Below are positions 11,701-22,166 of a stretch of DNA of 64,000 nt, one piece after another. Location: the NCBI GenBank assembly GCA_964392445.1, contig CAYMPD010000001.1, positions 1-64,000 on the forward strand, in the 5' to 3' direction. The stretch comes from an uncultured archaeon. GTDB taxonomy: Archaea > Aenigmatarchaeota > Aenigmatarchaeia > CG10238-14. A program made the translations under genes and the position numbers. The notes beneath the pieces are model-generated. The model was not told the origin of the DNA. It ran no database searches and worked only from the letters and a program-made list of their open reading frames with translations. Each line of letters begins with the position of its first letter. Position 1 is the stretch's first letter.

Positions 11701-14700
11701 GTTGCATTGTTTGGTAATATCCAAGTAGAAAGTAAAAAATTGTTCTTTCCCATATCAAGGCTATTGGAATCACTTACGTTAATATAATCATCAGTGCCAT
11801 CAAAATTATCAGCACCGTCTACTTTTCCAGTAACTTCTTGGTCTAGATTCCCATTTTGTGTTCCATTGTTTCCGTAAATAGTTGAATCATAGTGTGTCCC
11901 ACTTGTTTCGTTTAGATGATGAACCATCACAAAATTGTTATCGTAAGTTCCAGTTTCATTCTCATTATTTGAAGCTCCAGAGTTTCCATAGTAAATCCAA
12001 ATGTAATCCGACGATGAACCAGCATCGATTTGAGGAACTTTAACCCAAATATAAGAATTACCAGAAATATTCCAAAGTTCTACATGATGGTTTAAAACTG
12101 TTGAATTGTCATTATCAATAAACCTTAACTCATCCTGAGAAGAAACTCTGCTGTAATCAAAATTAGAGGAATTGAGTTTCACGAGCGATGTGAAGTTTAT
12201 CATATCTTCGTCTTGTCCACTGTTATCAAAAGTTAAAGATTTTCTATATCTCCAACTAATGTCCCACCATCCAGAACTTCCAGTAGCAGTGGATCCAGTT
12301 ATATTCAAAACACTATAACTTACATCAGCCTCAGTCGGAACTTTCAATCTAACAGAATTATTCGAACTAGCATCAGAAAATGTAATACTTTCCTCTGAAT
12401 TCCCACTCGAGAATGAATAAGTGGAATAAGAAACATAACCACTTGAATTAACAATATTCAAAGTAGAGATAAGATAAAACCCACTTACATCGTTGGTTGT
12501 TAATTCCAATCCGGAGTTATCATAAGCAGTTGCTGTTAAGTTTAATTGCCCTTCAGGATCTGAGGAAAGAACTGTATAATTATACTCCCATAAATCAACC
12601 GAACCATCAGTCCCATTTGCCATTTCATAGGTTTTTGTTGATGAATCTGAGAATGTTAGAGTTATGTTAACGCTTGTTGTTTCTGACTGACCTTCTGTTT
12701 CATTAACCCTTATTTGGACTTTATCTCCCTTTGTATAAACTTGAAGTGAGGGGTAATTGCTTTCATCAAGAATATTTATCGAAGCCCCAACTTCAGCTGA
12801 AGATCGAGTAATGTTTAAAGGATATTCATAATGCTTCGTAGGAGCAGCTATACCCATCCTATTTGTATCAGCTTGTGTAGCTATAGTTGTAAATCCTGAT
12901 GTTTTGAATGAACTATTACCATAACCTTCGTGATAATAACCATATCTGTTGTTATAATCAGTTCTAACTAAATCTAAATTCCCATCATGATCATAATCAA
13001 AGGCATCCCCAGGATTCCAATAGTCTGCAAAATCAGCTAATTGTGTTTCCTCTTGAAACGTTCCATCACCGTTTCCTTTGACAAACCACCATACCCCAGT
13101 ATTACGTCCATCTACCCAAAGATCGTAATGCCCATCTCCATCAAAATCCCCTGAAGCCATTCCATATTGGCTGTCATATCCAGAAGGCATTGTACCAGCA
13201 ATAACCGGCGTTTCAAATGTCCCATCACAATTCCCTTCCCAGAAATAAAAATTAACTTCATTTGTACCAGAGATGAAATCCATACAACCATCTTCATTAA
13301 AATCTCCATCATCCTTTCCTCTTCCATTACTCCCAGGTCCATCAGTTGTTATCGTACTTGATGTGAATGATCCATTACCATAACCAGTAAAGAGTGTATA
13401 CCCGTCAGAATTCCCACTAATAACAAAATCCAAATTACCATCATTGTTAAAATCTGAAGTTGCTATATCCATTCCATAACTTGATGCTTCTATAAAAGAC
13501 CCGATATTTGTACCACTTGCAGAGAAATCTCCATCGTCTTCGTTGTATTCATAATAATAAACATTACCATTACCAGCACCCATTACAACATCATAATCAC
13601 CATCATTATCAAAATCACCTATCCCCAAACCCCAACAATTTGAAGCAGAATGATCCTCAATTAATTGCTGAGAAGCAAAGGTACCATTCTTATAACTATG
13701 GACATAATAAAGTAAACATCCACTACCGCTCAAAGTAACATATTCTTCTGCTGACAATAACTTAAGTTTAGCGTGCATAGTATCAGTGTAATTCGGTGGT
13801 TGTTTAGTTCCTCCATCGGCTGTATCAAAGTAAATATAAAATGTCCTGTTAACGCCTGGAGCAGTTATATTATCCATCACCCAATAAACAGTTCCATTTG
13901 CGTTTGTTTGATTGTCAAATGTTGATGTATTTTGAAAAATAGATGGTAGTTCTGTATTTGTGCCTTCAGTCGAGTTCCATTCAACAACCCTAACAGAATT
14001 ATTATCAAATGTTTTACCGCTGTATCCAAGCTCATTTATTATAATATCTGTGAAGTTCATTCCATAAGTTATTAAACCATTTGTTCTGTTAAAACTGTTA
14101 TTAACCCTTATCTCAGTTCTATATCTCCAAGTATGATTCCACCAAGTATCTCCTGCAAGATTGTACGCATATTCAACATTACCAAAAGTAAACTTTAGAA
14201 TATGTCTACCTTTTTTATGTACATCATAAACAACTTCACCAATTAGATAAGACCATTCCGTTTCTATAGTATTGTTTTCATCTATGTCAACATCAACCAA
14301 AACAGAATCATGATATAAGGAATTGAAAGTAACATCCGAATAATTAAGGTTTTCTATCTTCAGTTTTCCTTCTCCCCAAGTTTCAAATTCAACCTTCCAT
14401 TCCCCACCCACTAAAGGATAAGATTGTATATTCAGAATTCTAATACCAAACTCAAATACCTCTGATTCCTTACCAACATGAAGTTTGAAATAAGGAATTT
14501 CCCCCTCTACTAGGTCAACGTTTAATGTGACATTCTCATTTGCAGATGAAACATTCTGACTAAGCGTATAATTTACATCTCCTTCCACCCATATGGGTAA
14601 TTCAGTATCAGAGTCATGGTAAAAGATAATAACAAAATCCTCTCCCTCTTTATCGACTGATAAAATATATGTCTCGTAATCGGGCTCGTCTTTTATTTTT

Positions 14701-15533
14701 TTGCCAACAGTTTTGTTTTCATTATCTTTTACTTCGTCGTTTATTTCAAGAGCTACTTGCGCTTCAAGATTTTCTTGGATGGTCGTAGTTGTACTTGTAA
14801 AGGTGGTAGAGGTGGTAGTTGTTGTTAATTCTCCCTCTGTTGTTTGAGTTGCTGTAACTTTACTGGTGGTTGTTGTTTCTTGCTCATTTGTTTGAGTGGT
14901 TGTCACACTACTTGTTGTTAATTTTTCAGTTTTAGTAACGGTTGTTTGTATTTCGGTGGATGTTACTTTTTCTGTCGTTGTAGTAACAATTGTGGTTGAA
15001 GTACTTGTATTTATTGTCTCGTTAAATTCTTGAGTTTGATCTGTTTCATCAGTAAAATTAGATTCGGTTGTAGTGGTGGTTTGATTATCAGTTGCTATCG
15101 TCTCGTTGACTTCATCCTCACCGGTAGAATTAGATTCAAATTCAGAAGGACCAGGTTGAGGAATGGAAATGCCCTGGTCTTCTTCTGAAGAAAGAACAAA
15201 GAACATAATCGAATGAGTAAAGTTCGTAGAATTTAACTTAGCAGAATAATTGCCATATTCTGTTAGACCTAAACCGTAATTATATTCGCCCTCACAATTA
15301 AGAGAATCCATCAAAATCGTGGAACTGTTATCAGGATATAAAACAATCAGTGTAAAATTTGTGTTAAGAGTTCCATTAATCGATATTAATGCGGTTTCAT
15401 TGATAGAGTAAAACTTTTTATCAGTTGTAATATTGAGTTCTTGCGAAACTACTAAGTAGGGGAAGAAGAGTGTTGAAAAAAATATTATTATAGCGATAAA
15501 TCTAATATCGAACTTCGGCAGTTGCATTTCCAT
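16..15533 (-). CDS. Giant secreted multidomain surface protein/adhesin, at least ~5,170 aa, 3'-truncated at contig end
   Basis: ATG at 15533 or 15527 (GAGGA lies 6 nt before 15527). Signal peptide MQLPKFDIRFIAIIIFFSTLFFPYLVVS|QE. The same frame is open in every segment I translated (near 18, 4200, 4500, 7680, 10080-11940, 13200, 14600-15533). Its absence from the ORF track fits an ORF with no stop before the window edge. Many N-x-S/T sequons. Confidence 0.93.
6070..6470 (-). other. F5/8 type C (discoidin)-like domain 2 of giant protein
   Basis: NIALSTNGGTVISASS...ENAIDG...AWSS...PWIKIQFNDTYYISHIKW...GAQEIEVYG; paralogous to 8920-9330. Confidence 0.78.
8920..9330 (-). other. F5/8 type C (discoidin)-like domain 1 of giant protein
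   Basis: NIALSTNGGTALSVSS...ENAIDG...SW.S...PWIKIQF...ISHIKW...GAKEIEVYG. Confidence 0.78.
9950..12270 (-). other. DUF2341-like plus LamG (concanavalin A-like) module of giant protein; LamG split by an insertion
   Basis: WWDISWRYRK...YIWVKVPQI...IWIYYGN (DUF2341-like). VHHLNE...YDSTIYGNNGT...FDGTDDYINV...STWI is the LamG N-half. WYFVTYD...LFLDG...FFNGTIDEVQVSN...RTADWI is the LamG C-half. Confidence 0.82.
10265..11615 (-). repeat. Three tandem C1q/TNF-like domains (~150 aa each) inserted within the LamG domain
   Basis: Each repeat has F..(aromatic)..H...PSRV...TGWY.+.Y, L.KNG and L..GDY+EL (LSLESGDYLEL, VYLEDGDYIEL, THLNEGDYVEL). A 38-bp identical tract occurs at 10561-10598 and 11023-11060. 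Confidence 0.75.
12900..13740 (-). other. FG-GAP/VCBS beta-propeller region of giant protein
   Basis: Five Ca-binding DxDxDG-type motifs: GDFDNDGDYD, SDFNNDGNLD, GDFNEDGCMD, GDFDGDGHYD, FDYDHDGNLD. Confidence 0.88.
14770..15110 (-). other. Thr-rich mucin-like low-complexity stalk of giant protein
   Basis: Translation ...DNQTTTTTESNFTDETDQTQEFNETINTSTSTTIVTTTTEKVTSTEIQTTVTK...ELTTTTTSTTFTSTTTTIQE. Confidence 0.85.
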
Positions 15534-15627
15534 TCCTCGTTAAAAGATATAGTAATAATATCTGATTTTTGGTTAAATAATATTTTGCACGCTAAAAGAA
15601 ATCCAAAATTGAAATAAGAAAAAAGAA

Positions 15628-16080
15628 CTAGACCACTCTTATTTTAGACTTCCTTAAATCATCTGTAAACATCTGGTAAATGGGGTGTGTGACTTTTCTC
15701 TTGAATTCATCCTCTAGTTTTAGAATATCATCGAATTTATCAGCTTCCAGTACTCTCTGCATGAGTTCTCTACCATCCTTCCTAACTTTATCCACCTTAA
15801 CAGGATTTGCTTTGGAATATCTATCAACTAGTCCAAGTATCTTATCAATATTACTTACAATCACAGCTTTGTGGCCTTCAAAGAATTTTCTCTGGGTTCT
15901 AAAAGTATTTAATTCCCTTTTAACAAGCTCTAGTTTTCTTTTTAGTCTTGGATCTTCTCCCCTCAATATCAAACCATCACAGTAATTAAGCAAATACCTC
16001 TTGGTGTCAAACAACTCTTGAGTGGCCATACACAATCCTAAAGGTTTAGTGTCATGCATTGTTAAAGCCATATCAATCAC
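15628..16080 (-). CDS. Hypothetical helical protein (likely start at ATG 16068)
   Basis: 150-aa ORF filling the gap between the giant gene and aIF5B; no motif recognised. Confidence 0.75.
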   Translation of the reverse strand: MIDMALTMHDTKPLGLCMATQELFDTKRYLLNYCDGLILRGEDPRLKRKLELVKRELNTFRTQRKFFEGHKAVIVSNIDKILGLVDRYSKANPVKVDKVRKDGRELMQRVLEADKFDDILKLEDEFKRKVTHPIYQMFTDDLRKSKIRVV

Positions 16081-16137
16081 TAATTAAATACTTGTTCTCG
16101 AATAATAAATAGGTGTTTGAGGTAACAATAAACATGA

Positions 16138-17880
16138 GTGATGAAAATGACGATAAGACAACCGATAGTTGCTGTGCTGGGTCATGTAGACCACGGAAAA
16201 ACGACAATATTAGATTCAATTAGAGGTAGTGTTGTACAAACTGGGGAAGCTGGGGGGATTACGCAACACATTGGAGCCAGTTTCATTCCAATTGATGTCA
16301 TAAAGAATTTTTGTGGAAATCTGTTAAAGAAATTAAAAATAGATGTTAAAATTCCTGGTTTGCTTTTTGTTGATACACCCGGTCATGAAGCTTTTACCAC
16401 ACTAAGAAGAAGAGGTGGTTCTGTTGCCGACTTAGCAATCCTGGTTGTAGACGTTAATAAAGGATTCCAACCACAAACCGATGAAAGTCTAGAATATCTA
16501 AAAAGATTCAAAACACCATTTGTAGTTGCTGCTAACAAAATTGATTTGGTACCTGGTTGGTTCCCTAAACCCAAAGCATGTTTTATTGATACTGTGAAAG
16601 AGCAGGCTTATGATGTTAATAGTAAATTAGAAGAGAAAATTTATACCTTAGTTGCTCAATTATCAGAAAGAGGATTTGAGGCTGAAAGATTTGATAGGGT
16701 TGAAAATTTTAAAAACCAAGTTGCTATAGTACCATGTTCAGGAAAAACAGGTGAAGGGATTCCAGAATTACTTATGGTCCTTGCTGGTTTATCGCAACAA
16801 TTTCTTAAGAAAAGATTGGAAGTATCAGAAAAAGCTAAAGGTTCAGTTCTAGAGGTAAAAGAAGTTAAGGGACTTGGTATAACAATAGATGTTATAGTCT
16901 ATGATGGGGTTGTTCATGTAGGTGATCATCTTATCGTTGGGGGAAGAGAACCAGTAGTTACCAAAGTTAAAGCCCTCCTAAGACCACCAGAATTAAAAGA
17001 GTTAAGAGTTGAAAAGAAGTTTGAACATGTCAAAGAAGTAACTGCCGCAGCAGGAATAAAAATATCTGCTCCTGGACTGGATGATGTGATATCAGGTAGT
17101 CCGATAATTGCAACTTCAAACGAAAGTAAAATAGAAGAAATCAAAAAAGAAATACAAAAAGAGGTTGAAGAAGTTGAATTCTCATTAAATGTGGATGGGG
17201 TTGTAGCTAAAGCGGATACACTTGGGAGTTTGGAAGCATTAATCAAAATGTTGAAAGATACTGATATCCCAATTAGAAAAGCGGCAATAGGACCAGTGAC
17301 TAAACAAGATATTGTTGAAGCAGACACAGTTAAAGAGGAAGAAAGGAGAGTGGTAATTGGGTTTAATGTTAATATACTAAAAGAAGCTGAAGGGTTAGCG
17401 AGGGACCTTGAAATAAAAACATTCTTTAATAATATAATCTACCAATTAATCGAGGATTATCAGGACTGGTTTAGTGAGAGTAAAGAACGAAAAAAACAAG
17501 CTAAAATTGCTAAACTTCCAAGACCATGTAAATTAAAAATGCTTCCAGGGTGTGTTTTCCGGAAAAGGGCTCCGGCCGTATTTGGAGTTGAGGTAACCGA
17601 CGGTGTTGTTAAACCAGGGACTCCTATGAAAGTTGAAAAAACTGGGAAAGATGTCGGTAAAGTTGATCAAATCCAAAAAGAAGGAAAAAATGTTGGTAAA
17701 GGTAAAACCGGAGACAAAGTTGCTATATCTATGGGAGAACCTACTGTTGGTAGACAAATAAATGAAGGTGATGTTCTTGTTTCTATTATTACTCGAGGGA
17801 ATCTTCGAGGTTTAAAAGAAGTATGGGATAAATTACAAGATGATGAAAAGTTATTGTTGAAAAAATGGGGGTTAGTGTAA
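16138..17880 (+). CDS. infB: Translation initiation factor aIF5B (IF-2)
   Basis: RQPIVAVLGHVDHGKT, EAGGITQHIGA, DTPGHEAF, NKID, KADTLGSLEAL. Confidence 0.97.
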   Translation: MMKMTIRQPIVAVLGHVDHGKTTILDSIRGSVVQTGEAGGITQHIGASFIPIDVIKNFCGNLLKKLKIDVKIPGLLFVDTPGHEAFTTLRRRGGSVADLAILVVDVNKGFQPQTDESLEYLKRFKTPFVVAANKIDLVPGWFPKPKACFIDTVKEQAYDVNSKLEEKIYTLVAQLSERGFEAERFDRVENFKNQVAIVPCSGKTGEGIPELLMVLAGLSQQFLKKRLEVSEKAKGSVLEVKEVKGLGITIDVIVYDGVVHVGDHLIVGGREPVVTKVKALLRPPELKELRVEKKFEHVKEVTAAAGIKISAPGLDDVISGSPIIATSNESKIEEIKKEIQKEVEEVEFSLNVDGVVAKADTLGSLEALIKMLKDTDIPIRKAAIGPVTKQDIVEADTVKEEERRVVIGFNVNILKEAEGLARDLEIKTFFNNIIYQLIEDYQDWFSESKERKKQAKIAKLPRPCKLKMLPGCVFRKRAPAVFGVEVTDGVVKPGTPMKVEKTGKDVGKVDQIQKEGKNVGKGKTGDKVAISMGEPTVGRQINEGDVLVSIITRGNLRGLKEVWDKLQDDEKLLLKKWGLV

Positions 17881-18624
17881 ATCCTTTAGAGTTCCCAAAA
17901 AAGTCCCATCCAAAAGATAAATCTCGGATTCTCTTAAATCAAAAAGATTGTTTCTGAATATTGGTGAGTTCAATTTCTTGTCTTTATTTATGGGATAACC
18001 TCCGAGGAGTTTGTTGAAGGTTGGTACTAATATTACTTCGATTTCTCCAGACTTTTTTAACTTATATCTATCAGAGAAACTTTCTTTTTTAACTTTAATC
18101 TTGAACCAAATGGGTTTAGTCAACCTGTAATTGAACTTGTCTTTGAACTCGAAAACTGGGTGAACGTGACTTAAAAATAGTTGATCACAATCTAAGAATT
18201 CTTCGGAGGGCCATTCATGTCCGTGGTAGAAGAAGTGATTTCCAATTCTGAATCCACCAGCAGGATGGAGTTTAATTTTCTTAGGTAATATTTTCTCAAG
18301 ATGAGTGTCATGGTTGCCCTTGCATATATGAACCCTAACCTTTTCCGATATTTTTTCCAGAGATTCAGGGAGTTCAAATAATTCAGGATAATTTATTCCA
18401 GGAATTTCATGCTTAACATCACCCAGTATTACTAATGTTTGTGCTTTAGTTTTATCCAATAACTTTTCTATTCTTTCTTCGATTTTTGGTAATCTTTTTG
18501 GTATATTTATTCCTTTTTTCTGAAGATGATAAGCTAATCCTATGTGTAAATCACCGATTATTAGGATTGATTCTTTTTCGATTAATAGTGCGGGGGAGTT
18601 TTTTATGAATTTCAAATACATCAC
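17872..18624 (-). CDS. Metallophosphoesterase (ICC-like, COG1407-type)
   Basis: GDLHIG, GDVKH, GNHD, HGH and HVHP metal-binding motifs. Confidence 0.9.
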   Translation of the reverse strand: MMYLKFIKNSPALLIEKESILIIGDLHIGLAYHLQKKGINIPKRLPKIEERIEKLLDKTKAQTLVILGDVKHEIPGINYPELFELPESLEKISEKVRVHICKGNHDTHLEKILPKKIKLHPAGGFRIGNHFFYHGHEWPSEEFLDCDQLFLSHVHPVFEFKDKFNYRLTKPIWFKIKVKKESFSDRYKLKKSGEIEVILVPTFNKLLGGYPINKDKKLNSPIFRNNLFDLRESEIYLLDGTFLGTLKDLH

Positions 18625-18656
18625 ACTTATCTTTTTTTAGAATAATAATTTAAGTT

Positions 18657-20168
18657 ATGGTCAAACCAATAGGAACAGTAATCTCAAGTTCAGAAGGACC
18701 ATCGACCTACAAGTTCGATTTCGTTATAAAAGAAGATTCAGGGAAGATACCCGTAAATAAAGGACAATTCATTCAATTAAAATCGGAAGAAGGTACATTG
18801 ATTGGGAGGGTAGACGAAGTCTTCAAAACAAACAGGTATTTTATGCAAGCTGAATCTGTGAGGGAATTCGAAAAGACTGGTAGGCCGCTTAATGAGATGT
18901 TTCCTGTAGATAGATGGGAATACTTGGTAGCGAAAACTACGCCTTTAGGAGTCTATGATTCTAAGCGAATAAAAAGAGTCACTTACCCACCATCACCAGG
19001 AACAGTAGTTGAAAAAATAGATAAAAAGATACTTACTAAGTTCTTAGGGTTAGATGAGAATGGACTGAACATAGGAGAAATTACTTTTCACGATCTAGAT
19101 GCAAAATTAAATTTAACAAAGATGTTCCAAAAGCATTTAGCTGTTCTTGCTATAAGTGGTGCGGGTAAATCCTATATGACATCAGTATTATTAGAAGAGC
19201 TTTTAGAAAGATCAGACTGTCTAGGTAAACCAGCAGTGATCGTAATTGATCCGCACGGTGAATATAATGGATTCTCGAAAGATCCTAAATACAAAAATAA
19301 AACAAACCTCTATACCAAAAATGATATCAGCATTGGTATATCCAAAATGTCTCCTTATCGGATAATGGAATTCTTACCACATATGTCATCCGCTCAAAAA
19401 AGAGAATTGACAAAAATTGTTAAAAAACTTATGAAAAAGAAAAAATCTTATGGCTTCAAGGATCTTATATCAGAAATTAAATCAAGCGACACCAAACAAG
19501 TAATCAAAGACACCATGATAAGCTGGTTAGAACAATTAAGAAATTCAAGAATATTCACAAATTACACTCGACCAAATGTTAAATCATTGGCACAACCCGG
19601 AAAATTAAGTATATTGGACATCTCGGATTTTGTTAGTCGGAGGGACAAACAGATGATAGTTACTTATCTTGCAAGAAAATTATTCTGGTTGAGAAGAACA
19701 AATCAAATTCCACCATTCATCCTGGTCATAGAAGAAGCACATCAATTTTGTCCAGAGGGCGTGAAAAAATCGGGATCAATATCAAGAAGTATAATTGAAA
19801 CAATTGCAAGGGAGGGAAGAAAATTTCATGCTTCATTAGTTCTTATCTCACAAAGACCAATTCAATTATCAACCACAGCCCTATCTCAATGCAACACCCA
19901 TATCATCATGCGAGTCACAAATCCTTATGACTTGGATCACATAGGTAAAAGTTCTGAGGGTGTAACCAAAGACGTTTTGAGAACAATCCCTGGTCTTAGA
20001 GTTGGTGAGGCATTAATTGTAGGTGAAGCTGTTAATTATCCGCTCTTGATTCGGGTGAGAGAAAGAAAGAGTAAAGAATCTGATAAGGGAATTAAGTTTG
20101 AAGAGGCTCTAAAAAACTACAGTGGTTCTAATCGGGTTAAAGACAAGGATATAGACGCATTTATGTAA
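18657..20168 (+). CDS. herA: HerA-type DNA double-strand break repair helicase (HAS barrel + ATPase)
   Basis: N-terminal HAS-barrel-like region, Walker A SGAGKS, Walker B IEEAH, GRKF, SQRP; lies near mre11 and rad50. Confidence 0.85.
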   Translation: MVKPIGTVISSSEGPSTYKFDFVIKEDSGKIPVNKGQFIQLKSEEGTLIGRVDEVFKTNRYFMQAESVREFEKTGRPLNEMFPVDRWEYLVAKTTPLGVYDSKRIKRVTYPPSPGTVVEKIDKKILTKFLGLDENGLNIGEITFHDLDAKLNLTKMFQKHLAVLAISGAGKSYMTSVLLEELLERSDCLGKPAVIVIDPHGEYNGFSKDPKYKNKTNLYTKNDISIGISKMSPYRIMEFLPHMSSAQKRELTKIVKKLMKKKKSYGFKDLISEIKSSDTKQVIKDTMISWLEQLRNSRIFTNYTRPNVKSLAQPGKLSILDISDFVSRRDKQMIVTYLARKLFWLRRTNQIPPFILVIEEAHQFCPEGVKKSGSISRSIIETIAREGRKFHASLVLISQRPIQLSTTALSQCNTHIIMRVTNPYDLDHIGKSSEGVTKDVLRTIPGLRVGEALIVGEAVNYPLLIRVRERKSKESDKGIKFEEALKNYSGSNRVKDKDIDAFM

Positions 20169-20201
20169 CGCTTAAAACCTTCCTTGTTCTTAATTATTTA
20201 G

Positions 20202-20861
20202 ATGATTTGTATGAAATTTAAAGCAGCTCTATTTGATATGGATGGAACGATCATAATCAGTGAAGATATGCATACTAAAACTCTACAGGAAGTTGTCAAA
20301 GAAAAAACTGGTATAGAACTATCGGAACAGATAATAGAACAGTATGCTGGATTAGATTATGAACATAAATTAGAAGAGATATTCAAAAATAGAGAAGAAA
20401 ATATTGATCACAATAAACTGGGGAGTATAACTAGGGAAAGAACGCTTAACAATGCTCATCTAGTAAAGCGGGTGGAGAATGCCGAAGATATAATCAAATT
20501 AATGAAAACTATTTTCAAGATAGCAGTAGTAACGGGTTCCTCAAGAGAACAAGCTGATATTTTCCTTGAAGCTGTCGACTTCAAGAAATATTTCGATTTA
20601 ATTGTAACTGCAAGTGATGTGAAAAATAATAAACCAACCCCAGATTCTTATTTATTAGCAACTAAAAAACTAGAAGTTGAGCCCGAAAACTGTTTAGTGA
20701 TCGAAGATTCTGAGCCGGGTATTCAAGCATCGAAGAGTGCAGGTATGATTTGCATAGGAATTCAACATAAATATAACACTAATCAAGATTTCTCAAAGGC
20801 GGATAAAGTTGTTAATGATATTAGTGAAATAGACTTGGAAATGATAAAAAGTCTTCAATAA
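20202..20861 (+). CDS. HAD-superfamily phosphatase (beta-PGM-like)
   Basis: FDMDGT motif I, VTGS, KPTPD, EDSEPG. Confidence 0.92.
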   Translation: MICMKFKAALFDMDGTIIISEDMHTKTLQEVVKEKTGIELSEQIIEQYAGLDYEHKLEEIFKNREENIDHNKLGSITRERTLNNAHLVKRVENAEDIIKLMKTIFKIAVVTGSSREQADIFLEAVDFKKYFDLIVTASDVKNNKPTPDSYLLATKKLEVEPENCLVIEDSEPGIQASKSAGMICIGIQHKYNTNQDFSKADKVVNDISEIDLEMIKSLQ

Positions 20862-20892
20862 ACTTTTTTACTCGGTAAGACTAAACTTAAGT

Positions 20893-22128
20893 ATGCATCA
20901 AAATGTGTTATTACTAAAACTTCTAATATCGGGATCTTTGGGGTTATTGATAGGTATTGAAAGAGAACATATAATCCAAAAAGAAGAAAAAGTAATGGCA
21001 GCAGGAATAAGAACCTTCACATTGATAACACTCCTTGGGACATTATCTTCTCATATATCTACGTACTTTAGTTGGTTCTTACCATTGATGCTATTGGGAG
21101 TAATCTTACTAAACTTAATGAGTTATTTTCAAACTTCCAAAGAAAGTATTGGTTTAACAAGTGAGATAGCTATATTGGTCGCTTTTTTAGTTGGTAGTTT
21201 AGTATATTATGGAGAAGAAAAAATAGCCATAGCATTCACAGTGATAATGGTTACTTTATTATCTTTAAGGAAAATAAGTCACAAATTTGTTAAAAAGATA
21301 AAATATTCTGAATTGTTAGATACTCTAAAATTTGGTATAATTGCATTGGTAATTCTGCCTTTTTTACCTAATCAAAACTTTGGTCCTTTTAATTTTTTCA
21401 ACCCAAAAGAGGTTTGGTTAATGATTGTTTTTGTTTCTGGAGTTAGTTATGTGGGTTATATACTTACTAAAATCTTTGATTCAGATAAAGGACTTAAATT
21501 ATCCGGAATAACAGGAGGGCTGGTGTCTAGTACGGCGGTAACTTCGGCCATGTCAACTAGAAGCAAGAAAAATAAAAAAAATCAAAAAAGCTTTGCTTTT
21601 GCTACAGTTACTGCATTTTCAGTAATGTTTATTAGACTAATGATATTGATATTTTTCGCGAACAAATCTTTCTTTTTTCGGTTATTAATTCCCTTTTCTT
21701 CTATGTTCTTATCAGGATTAATTGGTTCTTTTATATTTCTGAGGAAGAAGGAAGATATTGAAACCGATGTAGATTTGAAAAGTCCATTTAGCTTAGGACC
21801 CGCATTAAAATTCGGGATTATTTTTAGTTTAGTTTTATTCATTTCTAGTGTATCTGAGATTTATTTTGGAGATACAGGTCTATATCTAACTAGTATCTTA
21901 TCGGGATTAGCAGGTAATACAGCAATAACTCTTTCGGTTTCCACAATGGTTGGACAATCTATAAGTAGTCAGGTTGGAATTATATCAGTATTCCTAGCTC
22001 TGTTATCGAACACAGTTTTTAAATTCATGACTGCTTATATGACTGGGGATAAATATTACGCTAAACTAGTCGGGTTAATGTTCTTGATAATATTGGTAAC
22101 AGGGATAATATCAATTTTGTTAATTTAA
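20893..22128 (+). CDS. MgtC/SapB family membrane protein with DUF4010-like C-terminus
   Basis: GLLIGIERE...AGIRTFTLI, WLMIVFVSG, GGLVSSTAVT; multiple TM helices. Confidence 0.88.
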   Translation: MHQNVLLLKLLISGSLGLLIGIEREHIIQKEEKVMAAGIRTFTLITLLGTLSSHISTYFSWFLPLMLLGVILLNLMSYFQTSKESIGLTSEIAILVAFLVGSLVYYGEEKIAIAFTVIMVTLLSLRKISHKFVKKIKYSELLDTLKFGIIALVILPFLPNQNFGPFNFFNPKEVWLMIVFVSGVSYVGYILTKIFDSDKGLKLSGITGGLVSSTAVTSAMSTRSKKNKKNQKSFAFATVTAFSVMFIRLMILIFFANKSFFFRLLIPFSSMFLSGLIGSFIFLRKKEDIETDVDLKSPFSLGPALKFGIIFSLVLFISSVSEIYFGDTGLYLTSILSGLAGNTAITLSVSTMVGQSISSQVGIISVFLALLSNTVFKFMTAYMTGDKYYAKLVGLMFLIILVTGIISILLI

Positions 22129-22166
22129 CACTAGTTAGTATAAGATTCTTATTAACAGTTTGCAAC

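Larger units (their letters stand above)
8309..12668. repeat. 100-bp identical direct repeat at 8309-8408 and 12569-12668 (offset 4260 bp, in frame)
   Basis: Both copies read GAACTGTATAATTATACTCCCATAAATCAACC...GAATGTTAGAGTTATGTT and encode NITLTFSDSSTKTYEMANGTDGSVDLWEYNYTV. Confidence 0.92.

Noticed and set aside
1686-13738. Short plus-strand ORFs in the track and minus-strand ORF 13112-13342
   Set aside because: They are antisense or alternate-frame shadows of the giant gene, with no motifs.
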